Positions 11,196 to 23,879 of a stretch of DNA of 43,904 nucleotides are shown piece after piece. Under the pieces are notes generated by a model that saw nothing but the letters and a program-made list of their open reading frames with translations, was not told the DNA's origin and ran no database searches. The translations under genes and the position numbers were made by a program. Origin of the DNA: Octopus bimaculoides (taxonomy: Eukaryota); assembly GCF_001194135.2 (NCBI RefSeq), contig NC_068999.1:34907628-34951531 (forward strand), written 5' to 3'. How positions within the stretch are numbered: the stretch's first letter is position 1; the number at the start of each line of letters is the position of its first letter.

Positions 11196-12130
11196 CTTCT
11201 ATCTCGTTTTCGTATCTGGTTTGCAAGATTTTTTATGTGAATTCGTGGGTTGAAACAAATTTTGTTGTGTCTAGGGAGAGTCGTTATGTCAATATTATTG
11301 AGACACGCACTGGTTCAATCCCCTTCCTTTATTATTAGTCAATTGGTTAAATATCTAACTAATTAATCGATATCTATCTATCTATCTATATTTAAGTTTC
11401 TTGATTGATTTTCTGTAATCTTTGTACATGTTCACGTTCGACAATCTTTGAATATAACATTATTAAATTACAACTGAACGATTCGAGGACTCCCCTCAAC
11501 AGTGAAAATGCCTACATTATTTATGAAGCAGTGCAATTTATTCTCAATGAACTTGTAAATGATGTCCTTAGTATTTTAGGATTACAAAAGAATAAATCAT
11601 AATTTGAGTGGTGGACTTCATCTGTCACCCAGTTTAGCATCACATCCGGCTCTTGTGAGTGTTTAACGAAGTCTACAGTGTTTAGAAGCACACAGAGCCT
11701 GTTTCAAGTCGTTTGAAAATAACTGGATATCTCGAAGTGTTTATTCCCGTTGCAGCAGTGCTTTGTGTTGCTCTTCTGTTTCATCGTCCTTACATCTGTT
11801 TCAAGAATATTATAGATGTAACCCTTCATAAGCTGGCGAAATCATATGCAAAAGAGATTCAAAGGAAGGAGAACCAAATGTTTCTCTTGATATGCAATTA
11901 TGAAATTACAGAGAAGACCTGGGCTATATTACAAAATTGCTTGAGTAATTTAAAGCAAGTTCGAAGGAAGGAGAACGCATGTTCCCGTTCATTTGCTAAA
12001 AGGAAGTTATGGATGGAGCTACAGAATATTATTATTATGAAACCTGAAAATAGCTTTAGGAATTAAAATTTGCAGACTTGAACAATTACGTAATATAGCG
12101 ACATCTGCGGCTCGGTTTCTCGTAACTATA

Positions 12131-12784
12131 TTACGACCGCTACCACATTCATCATTACCACGACCACGAGCACGACCACCACCACGACCACTGACACTAC
12201 GACCGCCACCAACACCACAACTGCTGGCAAACGTGTGGAGAAAGTAAGATGAACTGCCACTATATTTATCCCCAATCTTGTCAAATATATATTAAATGGG
12301 GTAATTATTCCTCTCAAACTCAGCAGGGATACNNNNNNNNNNNNNNNNNNNNNNNNNNNNNNNNNNNNNNNNNNNNNNNNNNNNNNNNNNNNNNNNNNNN
12401 NNNNNNNNNNNNNNNNNNNNNNNNNNNNNNNNNNNNNNNNNNNNNNNNNNNNNNNNNNNNNNNNNNNNNNNNNNNNNNNNNNNNNNNNNNCAACAACAAC
12501 ACTACACCCACCACTACCACGGTAACAACAACGTCATCAACGCTAACACTTCTATCATGAACCTAACCACCACCATCACCGACATCGCCGACATCACAAC
12601 TACAAACACCACTTTCCACCAACACCACCACCACCACGACCACTGACACTACGACCGCCACCAACACCACAACTGCTGGCAAACGTGTGGAGAAAGTAAG
12701 ATGAACTGCCACTATATTTATCCCCAATCTTGTCAAATATATATTAAATGGGGTAATTATTCCTCTCAAACTCAGCAGGGATAC
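12131..12784. repeat. ACC/ACG/AAC low-complexity tract with an identical ~154-bp duplication across a gap
   Basis: 12179-12332 and 12631-12784 appear identical; the first copy ends exactly at the N run. Confidence 0.85.
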
Positions 12785-13367
12785 TAGAGAAAAGCTCAGT
12801 CTGTAGACAAACACACCTGAAAAATACCATGCTCTGAAAAGTTTCAACGACGAAGAAAGGGTGTGCCTAAATGACAGATGTAAGCACACCTTGTTTAAAG
12901 GGCTACAGTGCAGGTAATTTATTCCACGAAAGGGGCGAATCGCAGTGTTAGAGCAGCAAAAACTTCTTTTAGAGTAACACAGCTTTTGAAATATATTTAC
13001 AACACCTACAGACATGCATTTACTCATTTTTGCATGGAAACTCACCACATACAATTAATAAACATTGACCCTCCCCACATACACATCTTCCCAGTAATGT
13101 AACAACTATTTCTACAGTTAAATATCTGGGATAGTTTTCAATTGAGTAACAGGTGTAAGTCTGCTACATGAGAAATCTTAACTCTCGGAATTAACCAGTG
13201 CGTATGGCAGCTATGGAAATGATTCTGTGAACAAGCACGTCATATGTAGAAAATATACATACAGAAATAAGGTATATGATACATTTCGTAGTGATACGAA
13301 AGGAAGAAGTTATTGTGTAGTTCTTGTGTTCATTAAAAAATATTTAATACGTTCAATTCTTTTAATT

Positions 13368-13757
13368 GGCTGTGTGGTAAGAAGCTTGCTTCTCAACCAC
13401 ATGGTTCCGGATTCAGTCCCACTGTGTGGCACCTTGGGCAAGTGTCTTCTACTATTGGCTCGAGTCAACCAAATCCTTGTGAGAGTATTTGGAAGACCTA
13501 AACTGAAAGAAGTTCGTTGTATATATATATGTGTGTGTGTATGTGTGTGTGTTTGTTCCCCACCACCACTTGACAACCGGTGGTGGTGTGTTTATATTCT
13601 TGCAATGGTTCGGCAATGGTTCGGCAAAAGAGACAGATAAAAAAGTACTAGGCTTCAAAAAATAATCTAGGATTGATTTGTTCGACTAAAGCGCTTCAAG
13701 GCTGTGCCCCAGCATGGCTGCAGTCAAATGACTGAAACAAGATCAAAAGAAAAAAGG
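13368..13757 (+). mobile_element. SINE family A, near full-length
   Basis: GGCTGTGTGGTAAGAAGCTTGCTTCTCAACCACATGGTTCCGGATTCAGTCCC head, CORE-like TGTGTGGCACCTTGGGCAAGTGTCTT, internal (TA/GT)n, then tail GCCCCAGCATGGCTGCAGTCAAATGACTGAAACAAG and an A-rich end. Confidence 0.9.
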
Positions 13758-14049
13758 ATATATTCAAACGCCGTCCGTGATGCATTAATTCTACGTACAA
13801 TGTTCCTCATTATAGTATACTGTATATTCTACGTTCAATGTTCTGCAAACAGTCTATAAGTCACCTCTTTATTACAATACAATACTTCTCTTAAATATTA
13901 TCGTTACTGCTGAATTATATTCGGTGAAATACGAAATAGTCGCGGAGTACGTTGCAACATTCTGCATTTGGCGTTCAACTTACGTTGAGATTGACTTTTC
14001 GTTTTAGCTCTCCCTCTAGTGTTTGATCAAATTAATTAATTGTATCTTA

Positions 14050-14280
14050 TTTCTTTATTGCCTGCAAGGGGCTACACATAGAGGGGATAAACTAGGACAG
14101 ATAAAAGGATTAAGTCGATTACATCGACCCCAGTGCGTAACTGGTAATTTATTTATCGACCCCGCAAGGATGACAGGCAAAGTCGACCTCGGCGGAATTT
14201 GAACGCAGAACATAACGGCAGACGAAATACCGTTACGCATTTCATTCGGCGCGTTAACGTTTCTGCCAGCTCGCTGCCTT
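14050..14280 (-). mobile_element. SINE family B, full-length, with 19-bp target-site duplication
   Basis: Minus-strand head AAGGCAGCGAGCTGGCAGAAACGTTA...GTTCAAATTCCGCCGAGGTCGAC (A/B-box-like). ATTAATTAATTGTATCTTA occurs identically at 14031-14049 and 14293-14311. Confidence 0.9.
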
Positions 14281-14750
14281 TGTATTAATTGTATTAATTA
14301 ATTGTATCTTACTAAGGAAGGTATGATACACTGGCGCCTCTACTTAAAGTATGAGAACATAATTAACCTAGGAATCATTAGTGTTCATTTAACTGGAAAG
14401 GACGACGGGTCGTAGAATCGAAGACTCACGGTCTAAATGGTTTGCAGTGTTTAGTTATCACCTTTTAGGGATATAATTAATACAATTCTAATCTCCCTCA
14501 TATTGGATTCAACTTTCAACGATACAAGATCGATAAAAAATAAATAGTCGAGTTAATATGGTCGTTAATTCATCCTTGTGTAATAGGTTTGTCTGCATGC
14601 TAACAAGTGCACGTTCTTCAGGCGTAACTTGCTTTTTTGTGACAGCAATTGTTAATCTCCGCTACGTGTTTTCTTTTGTGTCAGCTATTGGGAAGACCTT
14701 TAGTACGTATTAGTCCTTCACAGCAATTGTTCTTCTGTCTATGATATATA

Positions 14751-14815
<65 letters not shown>

Positions 14816-14832
14816 GTATGTATATATATATA

Positions 14833-14874
<42 letters not shown>

Positions 14875-15483
14875 CTTGTAACAACGATGTTACAGCAATC
14901 TACTATTTGTTAGCGTTTGTGATAATGAAGTGTGAACGTATGAAATAATAGTTGATCCGTATAAATGGCATGTCATCAAGCTTCCATTTCATTTTTCGAG
15001 GTCCGATAAAATAACCATCAGGTCGCCTACTTAGAACCTGTCACTGACTGAGGACCATACCCACAACCCAAAATATACGACCAAGAGCTAAAATTAGAAA
15101 TCAATGTTGCTACTGTTTGGATGATTATTAATAATCGCATTTTATTCCGACTTTCTGAGGTGAAGGAAATTGGTTACAGTTGTTGCTTCAACATGGTAGC
15201 CATATTCAAGGGAAGTAATCACGTGATGGCAGGAACAAAGAACAATTATCAACTGATTATCACCTGCTCTACAACATAACCTTCTATTCTCATTTATATA
15301 AGAACAATAACAACGGCAACAACAATAGCAACAATAACAGTTAACATAAGAATTCTAAAGTTACGTCAGTGGTAACTGGTCTTGTAAAAAGTCAAACAGG
15401 AGCTGCTTCAAGACACAGATTTTCGCTGGAAATCTAGCATAAAGACAAATAACGTCAATAAATAACAACAAAAGAAATAATGA

Positions 15484-15780
<297 letters not shown>

Positions 15781-15812
15781 AAAATGAGTAACTGAAAGAA
15801 TATATATGAATA

Positions 15813-15846
<34 letters not shown>

Positions 15847-17539
15847 NNNNNNNNNNNNNNNNNNNNNNNNNNNNNNNNNNNNNNNNNNNNNNNNNNNNNN
15901 NNNNNNNNNNNNNNNNNNNNNNNNNNNNNNNNNNNNNNNNNNNNNNNNNNNNNNNNNNNNNNNNNNNNNNNNNNNNNNNNNNNNNNNNNNNNNNNNNNNN
16001 NNNNNNNNNNNNNNNNNNNNNNNNNNNNNNNNNNNNNNNNNNNNNNNNNNNNNNNNNNNNNNNNNNNNNNNNNNNNNNNNNNNNNNNNNNNNNNNNNNNN
16101 NNNNNNNNNNNNNNNNNNNNNNNNNNNNNNNNNNNNNNNNNNNNNNNNNNNNNNNNNNNNNNNNNNNNNNNNNNNNNNNNNNNNNNNNNNNNNNNNNNNN
16201 NNNNNNNNNNNNNNNNNNNNNNNNNNNNNNNNNNNNNNNNNNNNNNNNNNNNNNNNNNNNNNNNNNNNNNNNNNNNNNNNNNNNNNNNNNNNNNNNNNNN
16301 NNNNNNNNNNNNNNNNNNNNNNNNNNNNNNNNNNNNNNNNNNNNNNNNNNNNNNNNNNNNNNNNNNNNNNNNNNNNNNNNNNNNNNNNNNNNNNNNNNNN
16401 NNNNNNNNNNNNNNNNNNNNNNNNNNNNNNNNNNNNNNATATATATATATGAATGTACATGTATGTTTGTATCGTTAACTCACATAGATAAATAGTTTTA
16501 ATTACATTCGTGTTAAACTTCTGTTTACTGATAAGTATTTTCCATACAATTCTATTTCCTTTGTTTTCTCTGACATTCAATTCTATTTAGTTTCAGAAAA
16601 AGGCGCTTTTCGTGACCTGGTTATTGATGGAGAGTTTTAACGGTGCCAAAAATTCGGTGATAAGCAAATGAACACAATGGAATTGCGGTTTGATCAAAGT
16701 GTGTATATATATGTATGTATGTATGCATGTATATATGTATGTAGGTATGTATGTATGTATGTGTATGTATGTGTGTATGTATATGTATATATATATANNN
16801 NNNNNNNNNNNNNNNNNNNNNNNNNNNNNNNNNNNNNNNNNNNNNNNNNNNNNNNNNNNNNNNNNNNNNNNNNNNNNNNNNNNNNNNNNNNNNNNNNNNN
16901 NNNNNNNNNNNNNNNNNNNNNNNNNNNNNNNNNNNNNNNNNNNNNNNNNNNNNNNNNNNNNNNNNNNNNNNNNNNNNNNNNNNNNNNNNNNNNNNNNNNN
17001 NNNNNNNNNNNNNNNNNNNNNNNNNNNNNNNNNNNNNNNNNNNNNNNNNNNNNNNNNNNNNNNNNNNNNNNNNNNNNNNNNNNNNNNNNNNNNNNNNNNN
17101 NNNNNNNNNNNNNNNNNNNNNNNNNNNNNNNNNNNNNNNNNNNNNNNNNNNNNNNNNNNNNNNNNNNNNNNNNNNNNNNNNNNNNNNNNNNNNNNNNNNN
17201 NNNNNNNNNNNNNNNNNNNNNNNNNNNNNNNNNNNNNNNNNNNNNNNNNNNNNNNNNNNNNNNNNNNNNNNNNNNNNNNNNNNNNNNNNNNNNNNNNNNN
17301 NNNNNNNNNNNNNNNNNNNNNNNNNNNNNNNNNNNNNNNNNNNNNNNNNNNNNNNNNNNNNNNNNNNNNNNNNNNNNNNNNNNNNNNNNNNNNNNNNNNN
17401 NNNNNNNNNNNNNNNNNNNNNNNNNNNNNNNNNNNNNNNNNNNNNNNNNNNNNNNNNNNNNNNNNNNNNNNNNNNNNNNNNNNNNNNNNNNNNNNNNNNN
17501 NNNNNNNNNNNNNNNNNNNNNNNNNNNNNNNNNNNNNNN

Positions 17540-18020
17540 GAACTCAGAACGTGTCTATGTGGTAAGAAGCTTGCTTCTCAACCAAAAGGTTCCGGGTTCA
17601 GTACCACTGCATGGCATCTTGAGTTAGTGTCTTCTACTATAGCCTCGGGTCGATCAAAGCCTTGTGAGTTGATTTAGTTGACGGAAACTGAAAGAAGCCT
17701 GTCGTATATATATGTATATATTTACGTGTGTATCTTTGTGGCTGTGTTTGTTCCCCTACCATAACTTGATAATCGATGTTGGTGTGTTTACGTTCCCGTA
17801 ATCTAGCAGATCGGCAAAAGACACCGATAAAATAAGTGCTAGGCTTACAACGAATAAGTCTTGGGGTCGATTTTTTCGCCTAAAAACTCTTTAAAGCTGT
17901 GCTCCAGCATGGCCACAGTTAAATGGCTGAAACAAGCAAAGGAATAAAAGAAAAAGAAAGAACGTAAAGATCGACAAAATGCTGCAAGACTCTTTGCTGG
18001 TGTGCTAACGTCTAACGAAT
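17540..18020 (-). mobile_element. SINE family B fragment split by a nested family A insertion
   Basis: GAACTCAGAACGT (17540-17552) continues at 17959 as AGAACGTAAAGATCGACAAAATGCTGC...GTGTGCTAACG, collinear with the copy at 14050-14280. Confidence 0.7.
17553..17958 (+). mobile_element. SINE family A, near full-length, 7-bp TSD AGAACGT
   Basis: Collinear with 13368-13757. AGAACGT occurs at 17546-17552 and 17959-17965. Confidence 0.9.
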
Positions 18021-18064
18021 CTGTTATCTCACCAGCCTTTGTATTAATTTATAATCAAATGTGT

Positions 18065-18270
18065 TGCTAATCCTTTCTATTAAAGGCACAGGACCTGAAA
18101 TTTTTGGATAGCGGAATAGTGGATTACATTGACCCCAATGTTCACTAGTACTTCCTGTATCGACGCCGAAAGAATGTAAGGCAGAACTTGAACTCAGAGC
18201 GTAAATGCGGACGAAATGTCACTGGACATTTCGCCCGGAAATGCTAACGATTCTGCCAGATCACTGCTTT
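18065..18270 (-). mobile_element. SINE family B, diverged copy with variant tail
   Basis: ...GGATTACATTGACCCCA...TTGAACTCAGAGCGTAAATGCGGACGAAATG...GCTAACGATTCTGCCAG is collinear with 14050-14280. Confidence 0.75.
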
Positions 18271-19599
18271 GAAATGACTTCATAATGACAGAAAAATATA
18301 TGCGGACGAATGAAGGCATCTCTTATCCATTTGTTTATGAACATATAGATAGCTCAGATTTCTGTCAAACTACCTTCATCTTGTGTTTATTTTGTTGTCT
18401 AACGCCGAGAGTCAGTATTTGTCTCTACTTGAGAGATGACGAAAATTGACTGTCCGGGACTAGATAACTGCACACACACACGCATACATACATANNNNNN
18501 NNNNNNNNNNNNNNNNNNNNNNNNNNNNNNNNNNNNNNNNNNNNNNNNNNNNNNNNNNNNNNNNNNNNNNNNNNNNNNNNNNNNNNNNNNNNNNNNNNNN
18601 NNNNNNNNNNNNNNNNNNNNNNNNNNNNNNNNNNNNNNNNNNNNNNNNNNNNNNNNNNNNNNNNNNNNNNNNNNNNNNNNNNNNNNNNNNNNNNNNNNNN
18701 NNNNNNNNNNNNNNNNNNNNNNNNNNNNNNNNNNNNNNNNNNNNNNNNNNNNNNNNNNNNNNNNNNNNNNNNNNNNNNNNNNNNNNNNNNNNNNNNNNNN
18801 NNNNNNNNNNNNNNNNNNNNNNNNNNNNNNNNNNNNNNNNNNNNNNNNNNNNNNNNNNNNNNNNNNNNNNNNNNNNNNNNNNNNNNNNNNNNNNNNNNNN
18901 NNNNNNNNNNNNNNNNNNNNNNNNNNNNNNNNNNNNNNNNNNNNNNNNNNNNNNNNNNNNNNNNNNNNNNNNNNNNNNNNNNNNNNNNNNNNNNNNNNNN
19001 NNNNNNNNNNNNNTCCGATCTTAAGTATGTATTTGTCTGTAAATAATACATACATACACGCGCACACACACATGAACATACGCACAAACATATATGTATG
19101 TTGGTACAAACAGGAGAATTAGAACTCAAAATATGAGTAAACGAAATACAGTAACTGTACCGGATAGTTTAGAGATTTAGAACATGTTTTATCTTGATAC
19201 GAGATCAGCAACGGTGTGTCGCTTACAGAATATATAGTATTTGCAAGTGGTGATAGTTTTCGTCGCTAGCTGGTGACTGTCTCACACTGAGGACGGATAA
19301 CAACTAGAAACCTAGGTCTATGAATATCACGTAAGGCTAGAGATGGGAGCGATGACCTCCCTTGCAAATGTTATATACAGCCACAGACTGTGTGCCATTA
19401 GCTAGCTGGAAAAGATGTTTTCCTGGAGCTAAAACAACAGTAACATTGTCCTTTACAAGGCGCGCGCACTCACACTCACACACACATGGGCATATATAAG
19501 TGGAAGAGTAAGACGATGAGTTTATGTTGTATCTCTTCAATACTCGTTACGATTGTTTCAATACTATTCTGGTTCGAGTGACATTACATATAAACATTT

Positions 19600-21498
19600 A
19601 TTCGGGATAAAATACACAATATTTGTATAAATTTAATCGTAGCTATGGACGTATTTGATATTTTCTTTTGGGTGCTTGTGTGATATTTTCCTCGGCTCAC
19701 AGCTATCATAAGGTCTTTTAATAGGCACTCTGTTAGATTATCATACAACACCACTTCAAACTTTACTGAAATTATTACTGCTATGAATACCAAATTGTAC
19801 GATAGTATTAGCAGAACCGCACTAAATTTAGCAACCGACCATAATGTCTTTATTATAGTTTTACACTAGTAATATGTTAGGGGCATCTGTAACGGACGGC
19901 ACCGAATCTCTTTCTTGTTGAACTAATGAGACAGTGCCCTTTCAACGAGCCCCCAATTTATGCAGCTCTAGGACTCTTAGCATATTTTTATTGAATAACA
20001 AATGCCTTAGAAAGAATTTATTCCTTAATGGCTCTGTTAAAACTAATAAAGAGACCTTTCATATTATAGGACTAATATCGTTCCAATTTAAACAGAAATT
20101 ATATAACAATGCCCATTCATTCAAGAACCAAAGTAAATAGATTACCTCGCTATCAGAATTCATATGGGACTTTAAAATGTGAGAAAAACTACATATGAAG
20201 TTTCTTGGCCTGTGTTTAGAACTGTTTTTCTTTACGTTAGTGGAGGGGCGAATGCAATCTATGCTCACTAGAAGCATTTGAAATCTTTAGCTGTAGGTTA
20301 ATCTTGTAAACAAACGCAATGTGTCCATGCAAATAAGACGTTTGGTAAGTTGTCATTAGCTTATTTTGTTACATCGCTTTTTTATTTTTGTAAATATCAT
20401 TTTTTCATCATCAGCTCCCTTTGTAAAGTTATATTGGTTATATTGTTTTATTGGCCGTCTTCCACCTTTCTAATCCATAATTTGCAAATGTATTGTTGGA
20501 TTTGACCCCATGCTTACATTAGGTTCATGATTCTAAGCCCGTTCAAGTCAATAAGGGTTAAACTCATTTGGGCCCAATTCTATTTTCTAACTGATATTAA
20601 CCCCACATGTTCTACTCTTATTTCCCATGAGCTCAAAATTTCAATCTCACAATTTTGTGTACTTTGTAGGATATTACGACTTTATGCCTTATATTTCATA
20701 TTTCTGTACTGTTATATTTTCATAATTTTATTATATATTTTTATGTATTTACATATCCCTATATCTTATATTCTACTAAGTGTATGTTATATAGTTAAAT
20801 TATCATATTGTTTTATTTTATTTTCTTGTATATTTTTTATAATTATCACCCTGGCTGTCTCTGTAAGCATTTTAGTCCCTGCACTCCCTGATTTATAATC
20901 CTTGCATTACCGGATACTTAAGATATCTGTAATCTTGACATCCCTCAAAGTTTTAATTTTTTGTCTTTATACTGAACGTTTCCCAGCCTTGAAAATTTAG
21001 ATTTTAAATTTCAATTTACAAAAACCTTTAATATTTTAATTTTAAATTATAAAGTGCCCTTAATACTACTAGGAGTTCACATTCCTTGTATTTTTCTTAT
21101 AGTTTTTAATCTTTTAATCTTTTAATTTTTAATATTCAGTTTCAGAACATTTTAATATCTTTTATCCAAAAATTTTACAATTTTCCCAATAATCGTTTCT
21201 CTTATATCTATTTTTCTTTTTATCATTTCTTTCTTTCTTAATTTGTATTATTCTTTAANNNNNNNNNNNNNNNNNNNNNNNNNNNNNNNNNNNNNNNNNN
21301 NNNNNNNNNNNNNNNNNNNNNNNNNNNNNNNNNNNNNNNNNNNNNNNNNNNNNNNNNNNNNNNNNNNNNNNNNNNNNNNNNNNNNNNNNNNNNNNNNNNN
21401 NNNNNNNNNNTTCAAAATTCCACTAACCGATGGAAATTAACTGTAACAAGGATCTATATTAGCTCCTTAGGGGTGATGAGTTAAAAAGTGTAAACGCG

Positions 21499-21500
<2 letters not shown>
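19600..21500 (+). mobile_element. Penelope-like element 3' portion: linker plus GIY-YIG endonuclease pseudogene (19600-20330), then a T-rich 3' region
   Basis: Frameshifted plus-strand reading YFP..HSYHKVFNRHSVRLSYNTTSNFTEIITAMNTKL...NNKCLRKNLF...ETFHIIG...FKQKLYNNAHSFK...TSLSEFIWDFK...YEVSWPV...GECNLCSLEAFEI follows the PLE pattern HKIFNRNT.K.SYSC / GKCL..NVVY / YIG / FK.R.YNH..SF / T.LS..IW.LK / C.LCL.EK. The 3' extent beyond 20330 is less certain. Confidence 0.7.
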
Positions 21501-21549
<49 letters not shown>

Positions 21550-22039
21550 GTACACAAACACACATGTATATAATATGTATATGTATACATACATATATAT
21601 ATATATATATATATTTACATAGATATATATATACATGTATATTATACATACTTGTATATATTTAGATGGATACATATATGTATATTATACATATATGCAT
21701 ATATATGTATACATATATGTACATATACATATATGTATATATATATACATGTATGTATGTATATGTATATGTAGATGCATATGTCAATGTGCATACCTAT
21801 TAATGCATTCGCGCATATGCGTGTATGTATATAAGTGAGTATATACATATGTGTGATGTGTGTGTGTGTGTGGATTTATATATGTCTGTAAATATATGTG
21901 AATGTCTCTGTGTCTATATATATATATATGGACGTACAAATGAATCTACGTATGCGTGTATATATGTGCGTGTGTACTTGTGTATATACACCTGTTGTTA
22001 TAGTCTTGTTGTTTGTATTTGTAATTGTGTACCATGTTC

Positions 22040-22326
22040 TCAGTTTTTTTGTCTTTGTTGTCGCACACTTTCGCTATTTTTCTTACAAAAAATCTGATGC
22101 TCTTAGCTTAGAATTTTTTGGGGGCAACGAGATGGAACAGTCTCAAGTGTAACTGCCCGAAACTGTAAGAACATTTGGAAATTTGATTGACGAAAGGAGC
22201 TTACGAATGGTCCGTCCTTTTTTCCCTGTCCCCTTAATTGTTGTTGTTTTTCCTGTCCGCCTTTGTATCGTCTTTCTGTCCGGTTGTTTTATTGTCCTTT
22301 ATTGTGTTTTTGTTTCATCTTTTGTA

Positions 22327-22330
<4 letters not shown>
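22040..22330 (+). mobile_element. PLE-type 3' tail with two decayed hammerhead-like motifs
   Basis: CAACGAGATGG...CAGT...ACTG.CCCGAAAC (22125-22163) and TTGACGAAAGGAGCTTACGAA (22188-22207), then a pyrimidine-rich tail ending in (TA)n as in 38380-38530. Confidence 0.4.
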
Positions 22331-22370
<40 letters not shown>

Positions 22371-23204
22371 NNNNNNNNNNNNNNNNNNNNNNNNNNNNNN
22401 NNNNNNNNNNNNNNNNNNNNNNNNNNNNNNNNNNNNNNNNNNNNNNNNNNNNNNNNNNNNNNNNNNNNNNNNNNNNNNNNNNNNNNNNNNNNNNNNNNNN
22501 NNNNNNNNNNNNNNNNNNNNNNNNNNNNNNNNNNNNNNNNNNNNNNNNNNNNNNNNNNNNNNNNNNNNNNNNNNNNNNNNNNNNNNNNNNNNNNNNNNNN
22601 NNNNNNNNNNNNNNNNNNNNNNNNNNNNNNNNNNNNNNNNNNNNNNNNNNNNNNNNNNNNNNNNNNNNNNNNNNNNNNNNNNNNNNNNNNNNNNNNNNNN
22701 NNNNNNNNNNNNNNNNNNNNNNNNNNNNNNNNNNNNNNNNNNNNNNNNNNNNNNNNNNNNNNNNNNNNNNNNNNNNNNNNNNNNNNNNNNNNNNNNNNNN
22801 NNNNNNNNNNNNNNNNNNNNNNNNNNNNNNNNNNNNNNNNNNNNNNNNNNNNNNNNNNNNNNNNNNNNNNNNNNNNNNNNNNNNNNNNNNNNNNNNNNNN
22901 NNNNNNNNNNNNNNNNNNNNNNNNNNNNNNNNNNNNNNNNNNNNNNNNNNNNNNNNNNNNNNNNNNNNNNNNNNNNNNNNNNNNNNNNNNNNNNNNNNNN
23001 NNNNNNNNNNNNNNNNNNNNNNNNNNNNNNNNNNNNNNNNNNNNNNNNNNNNNNNNNNNNNNNNNNNNNNNNNNNNNNNNNNNNNNNNNNNNNNNNNNNN
23101 NNNNNNNNNNNNNNNNNNNNNNNNNNNNNNNNNNNNNNNNNNNNNNNNNNNNNNNNNNNNNNNNNNNNNNNNNNNNNNNNNNNNNNNNNNNNNNNNNNNN
23201 NNNN

Positions 23205-23252
<48 letters not shown>

Positions 23253-23840
23253 TAGCTATCTATCTTTATATATAAATACACGCATACATCCATACATACG
23301 CGCGCGTGCGCACACAAACAGACACACAGACACGAATTAACCTCTCCGATTGTTGGTCACAAACGTGTTCTGTCTCTTGACACCACTTGATAATACATAT
23401 GATTCCTAAGAGGAAGACTGCAAGACGAATATGCCTATTTCCTTCATATTGTGTTTCAGAAGTTAGCAGTATTTTTTTCTTTTTGTGGACTTGTATCACA
23501 GCGTCAAATAATGTGTAAATTTATGAATACGTTTTCAGCACATCTGTTAATAATACCTCGATAAGGCTCATTATGATACACCTTGTGAAGTATTTATGTG
23601 TCATTGTACGGCTTAAATAGGTGAGTATGTATGTATTAGTCTATGAATGTATGTATATATATATGTATGTATACACACACAGACATACACACATACGTAT
23701 ACACACACTCACAGACACACATACATACACACATACGTACATACATATCTCTCTTTGTCCCTCCTCTCTCTTTCTCTCTCTCTATACAACCATACATATA
23801 TACATACATAAATATATTCACATAAATATACATATATATG

Positions 23841-23879
<39 letters not shown>

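Noticed and set aside
11713-12066. 117-codon plus-strand ORF (GTT/TTG-type start, KITGYLEVF...)
   Set aside because: No ATG start, no recognisable domain and no convincing splice sites. It may be an old TE remnant, but I cannot support a call.
12130-12250. Mucin-like Thr-rich reading ending GKRVEK|GTAAGA as a possible exon
   Set aside because: No good acceptor. The second copy (12491-12700) needs a frameshift to keep the Thr frame, and ACC/ACG tracts are ordinary low-complexity DNA in this genome type.
13603-13625. 11-bp duplication GCAATGGTTCG within SINE A, and a 12-bp duplication near 25461
   Set aside because: Routine slippage mutations in decaying repeats.
19130-19460. Unique island with several AG/GT splice-like signals
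   Set aside because: Most acceptor-donor pairs tested contain stops in all frames. The one open 60-nt option has no supporting similarity.
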